Assembly: GCA_051530055.1 (NCBI GenBank)
Contig: CM121341.1
Coordinates: forward strand, 15,726,784-15,790,783
Source: Neoechinorhynchus agilis
Lineage: Eukaryota; Animalia; Acanthocephala
DNA: 64,000 nt
Direction: 5' to 3'
Within the stretch, counting starts at the first letter, position 1. Each line of letters opens with the position of its first letter. The position numbers and the translations under genes were made by a program. Positions 1 to 14,126 of the stretch are shown here, piece by piece. The notes beneath the pieces were generated by a model that did not search any database, was not told the DNA's origin, and saw only the letters and a program-made list of their open reading frames with translations.

Positions 1-598
1 CACCCATTCCAAGTGCTTCTTCGGCCAATTCTCTTGTAACAGCCGTGGAAACCTTTTCGCCAGAATCTACCATTCCTCCAGGAATGGCCCATTCGCCCGA
101 ATCCTTTCGTTTGATGGCTATAAACTCCAGGTCTCGATTTTCGGGATTAAAACGAGTTACAATTGCATCGGCGGCGTGATTGGGTCCCCACTTCCCAAGA
201 AGACCGCGACCACTTATGCCAGTTCGGCCCTCTGGATTTACAGGTCGATTTGTTTGAGGTTCGATTGTGTATTTGCCAATATGGCTCCTTCTGTCTACTT
301 TAGAAGTTCTCTTTTAGATCATCTTTTTTTACCACTACGCATATCAAGAGAACGCCTAATCCACGCTACCGTCGACGGTGTTAAACTGTAATGTGAGAGC
401 ATTTTCGGGATCAGCCCATGGGGGCAAACTTAGAACCGTCGAATGAGTGAATTCGAACGGTTTATAGTCTGCCCATTCTTCGGACCAGCAAACTTTGTCG
501 TCTGGAACTGGAAAACGCTCCACATTCTGTACTGAATTTGATCCATATGCAGAGTTTCTACACTTGGTGTGCATCAAAATATTTCTAAAAAATTTCAT
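1..598 (-). CDS. NUDT9: ADP-ribose pyrophosphatase NUDT9 (3' end runs off the window); interrupted at 301-368
   Basis: Translation gives [49 protein letters not shown] and the Nudix box [13 protein letters not shown]...RELAEEA. Confidence 0.93.
301..368 (-). other. TA-bounded hairpin intervening sequence in NUDT9 (66 nt removed)
   Basis: TA at 367-368 and 301-302; internal inverted repeat GTTCTCTT/AAGAGAAC; in-frame TAG inside; removal gives FNTVDGKVDRRSH. Confidence 0.6.
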
Positions 599-648
599 CG
601 CCGATACCAAACGGGACGGCGAGAATAAGGAACGCGGCATGCAGCATA

Positions 649-935
649 AAATACGTTCTAGAATCGATGTTCTCGTCAATAATGCAGTTAGGAAAATACG
701 AAAAAATCAATACTTTGAATATCAGAAAATTGTGAGTATTTACGCTTATTTATCGATATAAAAATTACAATAACATTTGTATGTAGAGAGAAAAGAGGAA
801 CGTGAACGAGGTTAGCAGCACAAAATATGTTCTAGAATCGATGTTCGCGTCAATATTGCATTTAGGAAAATACGAAACATGAAAATATTGTAAAGTATGA
901 GGAAGCGAATATTTCGACTTTTGGAAAATTGTAAA
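649..935. repeat. Degenerate direct repeat, ~173 bp period
   Basis: AAAATAYGTTCTAGAATCGATGTTC.CGTCAATA.TGCA.TTAGGAAAATACGAAA at ~649 and ~822. Confidence 0.8.
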
Positions 936-1074
936 CAACGCCTTTAAGTGATCTCCATTAAAAAATTTTCTAAAATTCGTGAGTGAAAACCAAAAGAAAT
1001 ATTTTTTAAATAGCTCTAACATTTTTTTCGTCAATCGAGAAAAGAGGATGATTAAAGGACAAAAATCGTCTTAT

Positions 1075-1284
1075 CAAAATGTCGGTATGTAAGCAAGTAC
1101 CGAACTATATGATTAGAATTATTGTTTAGAAGTCTTCACACGTGATATTTCGAACCTCGTCGAGTTCATCATCAGTTGAGTGTCTATTAAAAACTACGAA
1201 ACCGATGATGAACCCGACGAGGTTCGAAGCGTCTTTAGTCAAAAAAGTATTTACCTGGTGAAGACTTCTAAACAATAATTCTAA
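1075..1284. mobile_element. Penelope-type inverted pLTR fold-back, family F3, hammerhead-like core in both arms
   Basis: Arms 1113-~1185 and ~1200-1284 are inverted; C(T/C)GATGA-T-GAACY-CGACGA-GGTTC-GAA motif; one-sided ~38 nt tail shared with the copy at 42312. Confidence 0.7.
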
Positions 1285-2334
1285 AAATCGTTTTAGGATT
1301 AATATCGCCTTTGTTCAATATTGCATTATAAAAATAAGGGAAACCAGTACTTTAACCATTAGAAAATTCTACTTCGAACTCAAATTGCCTTAAAAAATCT
1401 AATAGTAGCTTTAAAAAACTATCCATGCTATATTAAAAAAATCGTGAATTCGAATGCCGATCAAAGTTTCAATTTCAAGAAGAAAATACCGCTAGACGTG
1501 TTTTATAGGTTCTTAAAATGCTTTTTAGAGTAAGAAATTATCGTTTCGTACAAATCGTATTTTTCAAAGTTTCCGATCATTTACGAAACCGATACTTTGA
1601 AATCCCATTAAAATTAATTCGGCAAAGATTTAAAAATGGTTGATCGCAACAACGATAAAAACCACAAAGGACATTCAAAAAGGGAATGCAAGATGCATCC
1701 TCGAGACAATGGAGATAAAGATATTCCTTCGTATCTTCTTTGAGACATTAGATGTCCATCTAAAATTAAAAATGCGCATATTTAGACCAATTTCGTTAAA
1801 CAAAAATTGCATGAAATCAAAAATCTTAAAACTTTGGAAAATCCATAGTTCATTTTATACCATCCGATCGAAATTCGGCCTTAGGAACCGTAAATCAAAT
1901 CGTAACCCCATGGAAATTAAATACTTTTGTGGAGCAATGTCAAATTGGTCGTAAGTATTAAATGCCACGGAAAGTGATTGTAAAACAAGAGTTCCAAAGT
2001 CCTAAATTAGAGTTTACAGAGTAGATTCGACTGCACGGCAAGTTTCTTTCAGACTTCTTTCGGATTACGCAATCGAACTTCACTAAAATTTAATTGAACG
2101 CGATTTCTACTTATAGTTCGTATTAAAAGTACTTAAAAAAGCATTAATATGAAACTCCCCATTACTGGGGACTATTTGGTCACCAAAGATAAGCCTACGT
2201 AAGACATTTGGTAAAACTTTGAATACTGAGAACTTGATTTTATGAACAGTTTTTAATTAAGATTTTATAAAGCTTATGGGTAATGATGACCCATCAGCCA
2301 CGTGATCTTTTCGCTCAATTTATTATTTTTAAAA

Positions 2335-2825
2335 TGCAAAATTATAGAAAAACAAAATGATTTCCTTCTAAGTTTTATACGAATCTAAAATTTATTTTAA
2401 AGGTTCCTCGTGTGAAAAAGCCTAAAACCTTTTTCGATGATATTCAAAATTATAGAAAAACAAAATCAGTTGCTCGTAAGTTTTAACTGAACATAATTTT
2501 TTTGTAAGGTCCCTTACTTGTGTGAAAAAGCCTTAAACTTCCTTCGAAAATAATCAAAACAAAATCAGCTGCTTGTAAGTTTTAGCCGTACCTAAAAAAT
2601 ATTTTTGAAATTTCCCTTGTGTGAAAAAGCCTGAAACTTCCTTCGAAAATAATCAAAGCAAAATAAGTTGCTTGTAAGTTTTAGCCGAACCAAAAAATTT
2701 TTTTTTGAAATTTACCTTACTTGTGTGAAAAAGCCTAAAACTTCTTACGATAAAAAAATCAAAACTATAGAAAAACAAAATCAGTTGCCTGTAAGTTTTA
2801 TTAGAGCCCAAAAAATATTTTTGAA
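2335..2825. repeat. Minisatellite, ~100-110 bp unit, ~4.5 copies
   Basis: GTGTGAAAAAGCCT at ~2410, 2520, 2619, 2722, each followed by AAAACAAAATCAGTTGC..GTAAGTTTT. Confidence 0.85.
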
Positions 2826-3499
2826 AGGTCTCTTACTGTTCTTATGCGGTTAACAAGCAAACTAATGAATGCTATTTCTCTTTTTATATACAGTTTTCTC
2901 AAACAGCAATTCTAGCTTTCGCCTGCACACAATAATATCTCGAGTGTTTTCCGTATGGCTCAAATAATATTGTGCTTTAGTACGATGGGAAAATTAGCAG
3001 TATTCGTTATCTTGCACAGCTAACGGAAACACTATGCATTACTTTAGGATTTCAAAGCAACAAAAAAGCGATTTGTGAAACTCATTTTAACTATACTCGG
3101 TCTCAAAAGTGATGAACGAACGGACATCTCAAACGAACGGACACATCCTCACCCGAACGAACCGTCCCCGACTGGGTAGTCCCATCCGAATAAACATCCC
3201 TCCGACCAGATATTACCTCCCGAACGGACATCCCTCGACTGCATATTCCCATATTAGCGGATGAGGACCCAAAGATACATGGGTCCTCCTAAACCTTAAT
3301 TCGAAAACAATTGGCGACACAATTAAATCTACATCGCCGCGCTCACCTTCATGGCTGGTAAAAAGGCCAGTAACCCAGCATCTACGAGGATCACCTGCTC
3401 GTGCCAAGGGTGCTCGATAACAACCCTCATCGCCCCCAACGCACATCCCAAAGCCTTGCCCGTTCTTTATCTGTGGGTTCTGCTTCGCCAAGCTGCTGA

Positions 3500-6400
3500 T
3501 CAAATTGGCACCAGACCGAATACCGTTTGGAATGCTTTTTGCAGTTGTTAACAGGGTACTTTCGACCGTGATAGACGCTAACCTTGAAACATCACTTTCT
3601 ACCATGCCTTTCGCCCAACAACGGCCCATCATCAGAATCATTCCACCACTCCGATCTCTTTCCTCCCGTTTCACCCGTCACAACACTTTCCACTCAACTG
3701 AGTGTATCCCAAAAACACAACCAAACTATTGCCAAGGATCCCTTACCAGCTCCCAGCACCCCCTTAATTTCACATCTAATTAATGACAAAGAGCGTGACC
3801 TGTTTCCGTAGGCCAACCAACTATCTTGTGACAACCCAAACATGCCATCCACACCTGGAAATGATAAATCGTCTCTGGACCCTCGACCTAACTCAATCCC
3901 GATTCTCAAACCTCCGGTTCTGACTCATATTACCTCCCTCACATCCACCCTCCGCGCAGCTCCTTCTTATCCCGCTCGTCGACTTCCGTCCTTTCAAGAC
4001 TACGCTCGCTTCTCAACAACGTCTACCTTCAGCCTCCCTCTCAGCAGATTTTACTGGAGATAACGCCTCCCTCACCAAAATCTTCTCGCGCACCACAAAA
4101 TCGTCCGCCTAACAAATCGAGGGTGTTTCCTAACACGGCCACCCTTCTCCCTGGCCACGCTAAACACAAACATAAGAAATATGATCCATCTCACGATCTC
4201 TTCATCTCCGGTATTCCTGAAGTTCCTGAATGTCCAATTTCTAGCCGTTTCAATGCGTTGAAACACAATCTGCTACATCTCAACGAAATTACCCGTACGC
4301 TCTTCCCTTATAACAACCTTCCGGCACCTGTATCTGTTGACTGCATCCCATCAAATAATCCAGCTGACTCTCGTCCACGCCTTCTAAAAGTTAGCTTTCA
4401 CCTTCGTGACATTGCCTCTGCCTACATCTCCAAACGCAATAAGTTATCGTCCGTTCAACACACACCTTCTCCTACCGTAAATTTTTGGATACCTCCAAAC
4501 GAACCCGCTGTTCCTTGGCAGAAATTAGACATACAACTGTTTTCTATCCCTTATCAGAAAATCGTCACACCTCAGACATACTAGTCACCACAGAAACCCC
4601 GCTTAGTGACTCAAACAAAGACACCACAGCCATAACTAACTTCACTATCTTTTACTCTGTCAGAGGCCCAACCCAAAAAATTTCGGTCGGCCTTGAACAA
4701 TCCACTTGCCCCCTAGGTGAACAGGCAACCACAACTTCACCCGACTTGACACCCATCTCGCCCCTCCAACCCATTTCCTTGCTGAGCATCCCACCTAAAC
4801 AGCCGTTCCCTACAATCATGTACACCAATATTCGTAGCATCCTACCAAAAATCGACGAGCTATCCATAGTCGCTACGGCCACCAAAGCCGACATTCTCGT
4901 CATTACAGAAACCTGGCTCTCCCAATTTAATAGGGACACTGCCATCATCCCCGGATTCTCCTCATTTCATCTCCCGATATGCACGCCCCATCGCTGTCGA
5001 TATGGGTCTTTGGTTGATGCTCTCGGGCGACACGGTCTCGTCTGCAGAAGGTCAGCAGGAAGATTCTCACGCCATTCTGAAATCAATAACGCAATTTCTC
5101 GGGCGTTGAGAACGGCGAACTTCCCGAACATCCTGGAACCCGCCCACCTCTGTAGACTAGACGGCCGTAGGCCCGATGGAATTTCGGTCTTCCCGTGGCG
5201 GGAGGGCAAATGCCTTCTCTGGAAAGCCACGTGTGTGGACAACCTCGCAGCCAGCAACATCCCCTACTCCCTCGAAATCGCCGGTGGTGCCGCCAGTGCA
5301 GCGGAAGGGAGGAAAATACGGAAATATCTTCACTTATCGAGGGCTCACTATTTTGTCCTCTTTGGGGTAGAGACGTATGGATCGCTCGGCCGCTCGGCAC
5401 TCTCTCTGCTCCAGGATCTCTCGAAGAAATTGAGAGAGGCAACCGGAGACTCAAGAGCAGGCGTATTCCTTCGACAAAATATCTCGCTAGCAGTACAACG
5501 GGGCAATGCTGCCAGCGTGATGGCGACGGTTGAGGAAGGACAAAAGCTGGAATTCGGCGGGAGGTGGTGAGTGTGTTAATTGTCGAGAAATAAAGATTGA
5601 TTACATTTATCGTTACTAGAGATGATCGTTCTGGAGAAGGCGACTCTATTTGCTTGAAGTCCTCCTTACCATACACCAACTCCACCCCTCACTATTTTAT
5701 ATCAGAACATCTCGAATGGGTTTACCTTCAACTCTCTCTTCGTAACGGCAGCCGTGAAATGACCGTCGCCGATGTTTATCCTCCCCCTGCCTCAACTCCC
5801 ACCGCAACATCTGAACAAATCGATACCTTAATTAATGACAAACTATCGTTAAATTCTCAACGCTTCATGATTTAGGAGACTTCAACCGTCTCCCTGCTCC
5901 ACCGTCACTCTCTGATCTCATACAACTAGTAAACTTCCCCTCGCGTGGTTCATCCAAACTAGATAAAATCTTTACCAATATAGCCAAATATTCCGCTCCC
6001 ATTAAACTCTCACCCGTAGCGACCTCGGATCACTGCAGCACCCTCCTCAGACCAATTGTTCCTCCGAAGCGACAGTCCTCCGACCCTTTCCCGGTCTGAG
6101 ATAAACGTGGCCATCACTCTCACATCTTCTTAAACAAGGTAAGTGATACCCTACCCGGAATCCGAAGTTCTATATTTAGCAACGACCCGTCTAAAGCCAT
6201 GGCGGCATTGCACAATACTTTAGTCCATTGCATGTGCATGTCTTTCCCTCGGAAAATGATTCGTATGTGGAATCGTGATCCACCATGGTTTTCACCTCTA
6301 TTAAAATCACTGCAAGACAATGTGAAAAATCCTTTCGCTCTCGACATCCCGACTACCCAGAATTCCACAAGAGATTCACTGAGCGCCTTCTTCACGCTCG

Positions 6401-7870
6401 CAAAACCTTTCTTTTTTCCAAACCACCGTCATCCCCTAATCGTTCCTGGTGGAGCGAGATCAAAAATGCCATAGGCCTTCACAGATCTCAGCCTTTCGCC
6501 AATCTGCATAAATGTCAGCTCGAAAGCTGCCATGTGCAATCCCAAATCTTCCACTGACACCAGCGTCGTACGCCCCTGCGACAATCGCAACCATATGACC
6601 TGGGTTACTTATTCACGCGTCTCCACTCTTGGGGTTTTCATACTCCTCAAAAAACTACCGCGTACATCATCCCCTAACGCTCCGATTTTCAACTGGGCCA
6701 TTCGCATCATCATTTCCTTGATCTTTGAGCATCTAGCTCATATCATCAATTCTGGCTTTGAAACGGGGATTTTTCCAGATTGCTTGAAGTCTGCTCGCGT
6801 CATTCCTATTCCTAAGGCGGGGAAACCTGTTTCTCTGACTTCCTTTCGCACTATATCTTTACTCTCACTGTTTTCTAAAATTTTTGAAAAATGTTTCAAA
6901 ACTCGCATCCTCCCCATCTTTTTACAAAACATTTTGTCTAACCAATTCGGCTTCCGACCAGGATTCTGTTGTACCGACGCCCTCTTGTGCATTTACGATT
7001 AGATTCTGCGCAATCTTGACTAGGAACCGTCTTTCGCTTGTCGCCTCATCCAGGTGGACTTTGCCAAGGTTTTTGACTCTGTAGATCACGATCTTCTCGT
7101 TAAGGCCTGCGAGAAATTTGGCTTCTTACCCTGGCAAATAAGCTGGCTCACTTCTTTCCTCGCAAACCGGTCGCAATATTTTCAATGCGGCAATACCTGC
7201 TTAACGAAGCTTCCCATACATTTCGGTGTGCCACAAGGAGCTGTACTATCGCCCTTACTTTTCGATATCTTCCTCAACGACCTTACACCCCTCTCAACGT
7301 CCGCTAAATATTTCCTTTATGCGGACGACCTAGTCATCATAACCCATGCTCCTCCATCACTCTTGCTCAGCCTCACGTCCGCAGAGATTGACAATCTTAA
7401 AAATTTTTGCACAACCCATCAACTCTCAATTAATTTCTCCAAATCATATGAACTTGTTCCGTCGCTTCGAAAACCTAGGACTGATATTCCACCGCTCCCT
7501 TTCGATATCCAACGCGTCACATCGCTTCGCATTCTGGGCCTAATCTTCCAACACAACCTCAAATGGGACATCCACATTAATGGCGTTGTAGCAAAAGCCA
7601 CTGCTAAATTGTATTTTATCAAGCGCTTGCGTTTCCTCGGAGTCAGCCCACGCGATTTAGCACATTTCTATTGGTCCGTCGTGGTCCCTGCAATCTCATA
7701 TGCATACCCAACCTTTTGCAATTTATCCACCCATCAACTGCGCTTGCTTTCCTCCCTAAATAAACGAGCCTGCAAAATTTGCTCCAAAAACCTCCCATTA
7801 ATCGAAGAACACCTTTCCAAATGCGACGACTTGCAGCTCATTACGAATTACAATCTCAATCAAACAACAC
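3500..7870 (+). mobile_element. CR1/L2-group LINE, decayed (ORF1 + APE + RT)
   Basis: ORF1 LFISGIPE...PRLLKVSF; APE YTNIRSI..K.DEL...ITETWL, GDFN, SDH; RT QFGFRPG, DFAKVFDSVDH, GVPQGAVLSPLLF, YADD; frameshifts and stops. Confidence 0.9.
4968..5608 (+). mobile_element. 5'-truncated CRE-type (RLE) non-LTR retrotransposon inserted in the LINE APE domain
   Basis: CRCxxxxDxxGRHGLVC, RHSEIN, RPDG...PW..GK.LLW, GVETYG, QRGNA; flanked by CATTT (4963-4967, 5604-5608); removal restores PGFSSFIVTRDDR. Confidence 0.88.
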
Positions 7871-7996
7871 GAATGCAAAGATATCAGGAGTTATAATCAA
7901 TTTGATCACAGATTACTTCTCCTTGTCTCAGGAGGAATGAGTGGATCGAACTCATCACATTGTGCACTTCTAAGAATGCCTTTTAATTTAATTCCA

Positions 7997-8225
7997 AATG
8001 GCGAATTGTAACACACTCGAGTTTTATTGACGATAACCTTGCGAATTTTCAAGGCCTTAACTTCCTTCTCAAGCATTGTTTGCAAGTTTTTTTATAAAAA
8101 ATGCTTGAAAAGGAGGCTGAGGCCTTGAAAATTCGCAAGATTGATCTCAATAAAACTCGAGTGTGTTACAATTCGCCATTGAGAATGCACATCCACCCGA
8201 AGGAACAATTGGATTGAATTTTAAT
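7997..8225. mobile_element. Inverted pLTR fold-back family F2 (variant hammerhead core) with ~45 nt one-sided tail
   Basis: AATGGCGAATTGTAACACACTCGAG... inverted 7997-8180; CTTGARAAGG..CCTTGAAAATT..AATAAA; tail identical in the inverted copy at 51936. Confidence 0.65.
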
Positions 8226-8560
8226 TTAATGGTGAAATCTATGATCAAATTGGCGGAGTGGCGATGGGGTCCCTCTTAAGACCCGCATTATTTGATTTCT
8301 ACATGTCTAGTGGAAGAATTAAGTGTACAGTGGGATTCATGGGCTAATAAAATGGTGGCGATATATCGACGACGTTTCCTGCGTGCTAAAATCTGATCCT
8401 AAATTCCTTCCACTCACGCATTTATTCAATAATAAAGACAGGGCCATTCAACGGTCCATCTCGTACGAAGACCAAAACAAAGTGACAACGTTCTTCGATG
8501 TTTGTGTGAAGGGAACAGGTCGTGGCGTAAACACTTTCATATACCGGAAACCTGATATCT
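8222..8560 (+). mobile_element. Penelope-like element RT fragment
   Basis: FNGEIYDQIGGVAMGS, WWRYIDD, FFDVCV, FIYRKP motifs. Confidence 0.8.
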
Positions 8561-8739
8561 GTTGGTAAAGCACATTGTGGAAAAACAACTCGCTTCAAGC
8601 TTTCGAAATAAAGGCAGCGCAGTCTTCATTCCGGAGAGCTACTCCATTACTATAACTCCCTTAGATTATCATCAACGACAACCAAAGCAGCCTCTATCTC
8701 ACTCATTTGCATCCCCTAGGTACCCAAATCCAAACTTCC

Positions 8740-9990
8740 CTTTGCTACCGTATTCTATTCTAATATTCGAAGCCTTCTCGCGAAACTAGATGAATTATCA
8801 CTCATTTCATCTACTTCAAAAGTTGACGTAATCATCTTAATTGAAATACAACTAACCCCCCCCCCCAACAGCAATTCCGACATCCCTCCTAGGGGCTCCA
8901 GACAAACTATCACTCCCACAACTGAAACTTCAGTCATCTCAAGAAATTAACTTCCATTTTAGTCCCCTCAATCCGGAATCCCAAACTGTGTTCTTCGATG
9001 CATCATCCCCGAACTCATAGATCCTCTTACCAACATTGTAAACTATAGCTTTTTATATGACATTTACTTCACACGCATGAAAGCTGTTAAAGTGATCCCT
9101 CTTCCGTAAAATGCACATCCAATTTCCACCGAATCATTCCGTTCAATATCTATTCTACTCGCTCTTTCAAAATTCATCGAAAAATGTTTTAAAGCTCGCC
9201 TTCTTCCACTTCTCGATGAAAAGTTATCGCCCCTACAATTTGGCTTCCGGCCCAGATTTTCCGCAATCGATGACTTACTTTGCAATTATGACACGCTTCT
9301 ACGTAACCTCGACAATAATCTCTCCCGCGTCACCCGCCTCATTCAATTTGATTTATCGAAAGCATTCGACTCCGCAGACCATTCACTCCTCAGGGCCTGC
9401 TCCGATTTTGGTCTCAACTTATGGCAGATCCGCTGGCTCGAATCTTATCTTCACAATCGCATACAATACATTCACTGCCGCTCTACCTCTTCTATCAGCC
9501 TATTCCGGTGCCGTGTTGTAATATTTTCCTGAACGACCTCAAACCTCTTGCCTCTCACGCTAAACTTTTCTTATATGCCGACGATCCCACCCTCATCACC
9601 CAATCACCACCCCACCTCTCCCTCTCCTTAAACTCTAAAGAAATCACATACATAAAAGACCTGCACCAATAACAAACTCCATCTCAATTTCTCTAAATGC
9701 TTCGAAATGATCACCTTGCTCTCCCGAAACCCCATATCATCTCCTGAGCTTCTAAATTACACTCTACGAGTAACCTCCCTGAGAATTCTGGGTCTCCAAT
9801 TTCAATCAAATTCGAAATGGGACTCGCACATCACTCTCTCCCTCAAGCACAACACTTTTAAAATTTATCTCCTCAAACGCCTCCAACATTTAGGGGTCCC
9901 TCCTCACCCGATCTCTACAAATTTTACTTCTGCTTTATTTTGCCCTCCCTTACGGTTGTCCTGTCTTCTGCAACCTTTCCGAATCTCAAA
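8740..9990 (+). mobile_element. Second decayed copy of the CR1/L2-group LINE (APE and RT remnants)
   Basis: LDELSLI, QFGFRP, LYADD, LRILGLQFQSNSKWD; multiple frameshifts. Confidence 0.8.
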
Positions 9991-10329
9991 AACGTTTCAC
10001 GGAGAAGAGCGTCTAAAATCTATAGCAAATGGAAGAAATTCGATTGAGTGCACGGTTTTCTTCCGCAAGTGACCATAGGTTGCCTCAGAGACTCTAGTCA
10101 GTGAAGGCTTTATATCTTCAGCGCAATCTGATTCGAGCGATCATCACAGGCGGACCGCGGGGATCGATCCATCGACCCCTTGTTTTGGACGCTGCAAAGA
10201 TCATGTTCTGCAACGAAGCCTAACACTCAGGTTCGATCTATATAATAAATGCCAAAATTATAGAACCCAAGACTATAATCCTGAAAAATAAAAATAATAA
10301 ACACGGCTCTCCAGCGAGGGAACTGCACT

Positions 10330-10530
10330 ATCATTAGGACGGCGAGCTGTGTTGTGATTGATGCTGCGATAAAGAAAACCGAATAAAATTATTATTTCGT
10401 TCCCTTTGGCGTCGGGACACTGGTTATTTGATAGCGCTGCGCAGGACCTGGTCAAAGGGCAGGAGCATTTCTCCGGCGAAACATAAGTCTGGCTGTGCAA
10501 CGGAGGAACGCTGCATCAGTCCATTCGACC
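10330..10530 (+). mobile_element. Degenerate CRE-type RLE fragment
   Basis: YYFVPFGVGT...AGAFLRRNISLAVQRRNAASV. Confidence 0.65.
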
Positions 10531-10899
10531 AAGCGATGGTGTGAATGCTGGTAGGATTTGGTCGAAAGTTTTCTCTGATTCGGAAAAAAATTAAATTGAC
10601 GAATCGTTTCATAAGTATTTCAGTTGCACCAAACTAACAGCATTTCGGTCTTGGGATTGTAGGTGGATGGCGCAGAATCCTTTAATTGCGCGCGGTTTTC
10701 CCGGAAGAATGCAATGTCAAAATAAACTGCGTTATTGAATTTGCATTCAACGTTGCAAAAAAAGCAAATACGCCCATTCGAAAATTAAAAAGGCTCATAT
10801 TCTAGAATTAAAATCTTTTGCTATTGAAAGAGAAATTTTTTTTCAAGAAATATTTTTAACAAGAGCATACATAATTTATAGTTTCTTCGACGCCCCTAT

Positions 10900-11900
10900 T
10901 CATCGGCGCAGGCCAAATTGCTAGCCGCATTGCCCCGCTGCACCGCAATGCTTATTTTTTGGGCTAGGAACGAAGTCGATCTTGGCTCTCCAGTCGCCGC
11001 GTTGATTCGTTTCCCCAATTCCTTCACGAGAACCAGTGCCGACCCTCCCAAGGCCCCATACGTTTCCACACCGAAGGGGACAAAATGGTAATTTCGGATT
11101 AGCTCCCTGTATTTTGAGCATTTCCGATCCTCTGCAGCCGTCGCCGCTCCTCCTGGACCTTTTTTCGAGTGGCTGATGTTCTAGTTTGCCAACGTGTCCA
11201 CACACGTTGCATCCCACAACAAACATTTTCCCTCCCGCCAAGGAAATACGGTCACGCCATCAGGGCGTCTTCCATCTAATCTACAAAGATTAGGGAAGGG
11301 AAAGCGTTTTTAGAGTCCTACTCAGAATGGCATTGATTTCAGCATGCCTTGGAAATCGTCCCGATGACGTCTTGCATATGAGACCGTGTCTCCCCGAAGC
11401 GTCCACTATAGTGCCGCAGCGGCTGCGATGCGGGATGCAAATCGGTAGACCTAATCTCAAGTATACTGCGATCCTGACGACTGATTCAGCAAGGAGAGTT
11501 CCAAGTTTCCCTACAGGGAGAGCATTCAACCACGCTCCCGACTCCTTCGTGGAACAGGCTACCAGCCGGACCTAAGACACCTCATCCAGAAAATCTTTGA
11601 AAGAGTTGTGAATCTTCTGAACGAGAGGAATGTCCTAAGACGACTGCTTGCACTCATTTGCGGGGAGCTGGTTGACGCCTGTCAATTGATGCCATTGATA
11701 TAATCCTGTTTCAAAGATCGCATCCTTCAGCGATTTGCCTAAAATGGCATCGACATAGACTTTACTTGCCCGGCAAGAGGAGAGGAAGGCAGGTAAAGCG
11801 ACGTCTGAAGTGGTGCGAACTCCCAAACCACCATAAGCCGTGGGAAAAGCAGCCTGTCGCCAACCTGTGTCAGAAAATTTGACATTCAATATGTCCCAGC
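10900..11900 (-). mobile_element. CRE-type non-LTR retrotransposon 3' part
   Basis: WRQAAFPTAYGGLG, GAWLNALP, GRHGLIC..RFPRHAEIN, RRPDG, AVQRGNA. Confidence 0.88.
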
Positions 11901-12129
11901 TGCTTAATTAAAATTGATTCTTTCGTTTTTTAGAAAGCATCGTTGTTTCCTCGTTTATTCGGCAACCCTTCTTGTTCGCTTGGGAATGTTGGCTTCTGCT
12001 TCATTGGATTTTTTTTCAGTCTTATTATAAACCCGTAAGAAAATCCATAGTATGATTCATGCCGTGGTGGTTAATGCGGGAATATTGATTGGATGTTTTG
12101 ATTCTACAGTTGATAGATTCAGTATATCC

Positions 12130-12400
12130 CACATTTTTAAGATAGCTTTCTAGATCTGAGAGCAATAAAGGTGTTTAATATATTTAATGTTTCTAAAAAA
12201 TTATCATTATGAGCATCGGTCTTTCCCTATGAGATTGTTTCGTGCAACAAAATTCAATAGAGAGACTTGAAGCAAATCCATCAATTCTAACCTTATCTTT
12301 AATCTCGCCACAAATGTCTAGAAGGTTTTTCTAACTGACGTTTTGAGGTATCTCACTAACCGGGAACTAAAAACCCAAGCAGAAATCGCAAATTAATTTG
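12130..12400 (-). mobile_element. Possible highly decayed LINE ORF1 remnant
   Basis: VSEIPQNVS*KNLLDICGEIK...RPMLIMI resembles CR1-type ORF1; has stops. Confidence 0.3.
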
Positions 12401-13199
12401 TGTTCCTTTAAAGCGGACTCGGGCAGATACCAGGATCAGGAATTGTGTGTTCGGAATCTGTTGAAATTTGCTCACTATTGTCGTTCCATTGATCCTCTAC
12501 CGAGAGTTGCTTGTTTACTCTGCACGTGGAGGCTATTGGTATCTATTTGAAAGAATTCTTAGACCAAATTGAACTGTTAGCGCGTTTCCTGAAAACAATA
12601 AGGAGATTTCTATCATGATTTTAAAAGAGGGCGATATTTTAGTATTTTATCAACGAAAACCTATTTGAAAGGAGTGATCACGTTTGTACGAGAAAGGTGG
12701 AAAGCAAATGAGATTCGAGAATAAGCACTAAGGTACTTACGGCCTCAGTTTGGTACCAAGAAGTTTTGTGCTAAAATACTAATTTTTAAACATAAAACAA
12801 CGCCTTAAAGGCGAGTACTCAGAATCGGAAAACGATATTAGAAGTGAATATCCACATGAACTATTTTGCGGCTTGCTTCACACGAAACCCAAATAAGCTG
12901 GCAGGGAAAGTATATTCTGCTTTTCGGATTATTGTTTTCTTTGCAAAAATTACAGGTTGGATGAAGATTACGTGGAGGCCGTTAATCTTTGGTGTGAAAA
13001 TTCCGGTAGCGAGAACAATCAGTTTGGGACTTATCCCTAGATGCTAGAATTCATAACTCTTTAATTTTAATATTATGGAAAGCCTCATTTCCCAACACCC
13101 TCATGTTTATTCCAGATTTATTATCGAACGGAAAATAGGTGCTTTATTTGTTTATTGCTTCAAATTTTCGACGCCTTGCGTCTTCGTCAGGAAGCTTTT

Positions 13200-13640
13200 C
13201 TTCGGTTGTCTGAAAAGGAATCAGAGGAGGGCAGTTCTCGTGACCTGGTGAACCCAACTCGATTGGCGGCAGTCTCTACAAGAGAATCGGGTGCTTGTCT
13301 CAACGCTATCCTATGACTTGAAGTACCGATGTGCACATCAAATCGCTGCCTTTGCGAAGTGAATGCGCCCAACATCCTAGAGCCTAGCAATATTTGCCGA
13401 CTCGATGGCCGTAGACCGGACGGTGTCACGGTATTCCCGTGGCGACAAGGAAAATGCCTTCTCTGGGACCTCACGTTCGTGGACACGATCGCAGCCAGCA
13501 ACATAAAATTCGCCGCCGTTAAACCAGGGAAACAGCAAATGCCGTTGAGGAACGCAAAAAGACCAAATACAGGGACTACTGCAAAAACCTGTGCCTGGCT
13601 CTGCAACAAGGGGATGCTCCATCCGTCGGCAGCCGAATGA
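13200..13640 (+). mobile_element. CRE-type RLE fragment
   Basis: [33 protein letters not shown]. Confidence 0.85.
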
Positions 13641-13683
13641 TCCAGAGTGATGCCGTGTTTGTTTGTAAGGTATAACAAAGCAA

Positions 13684-14126
<443 letters not shown>

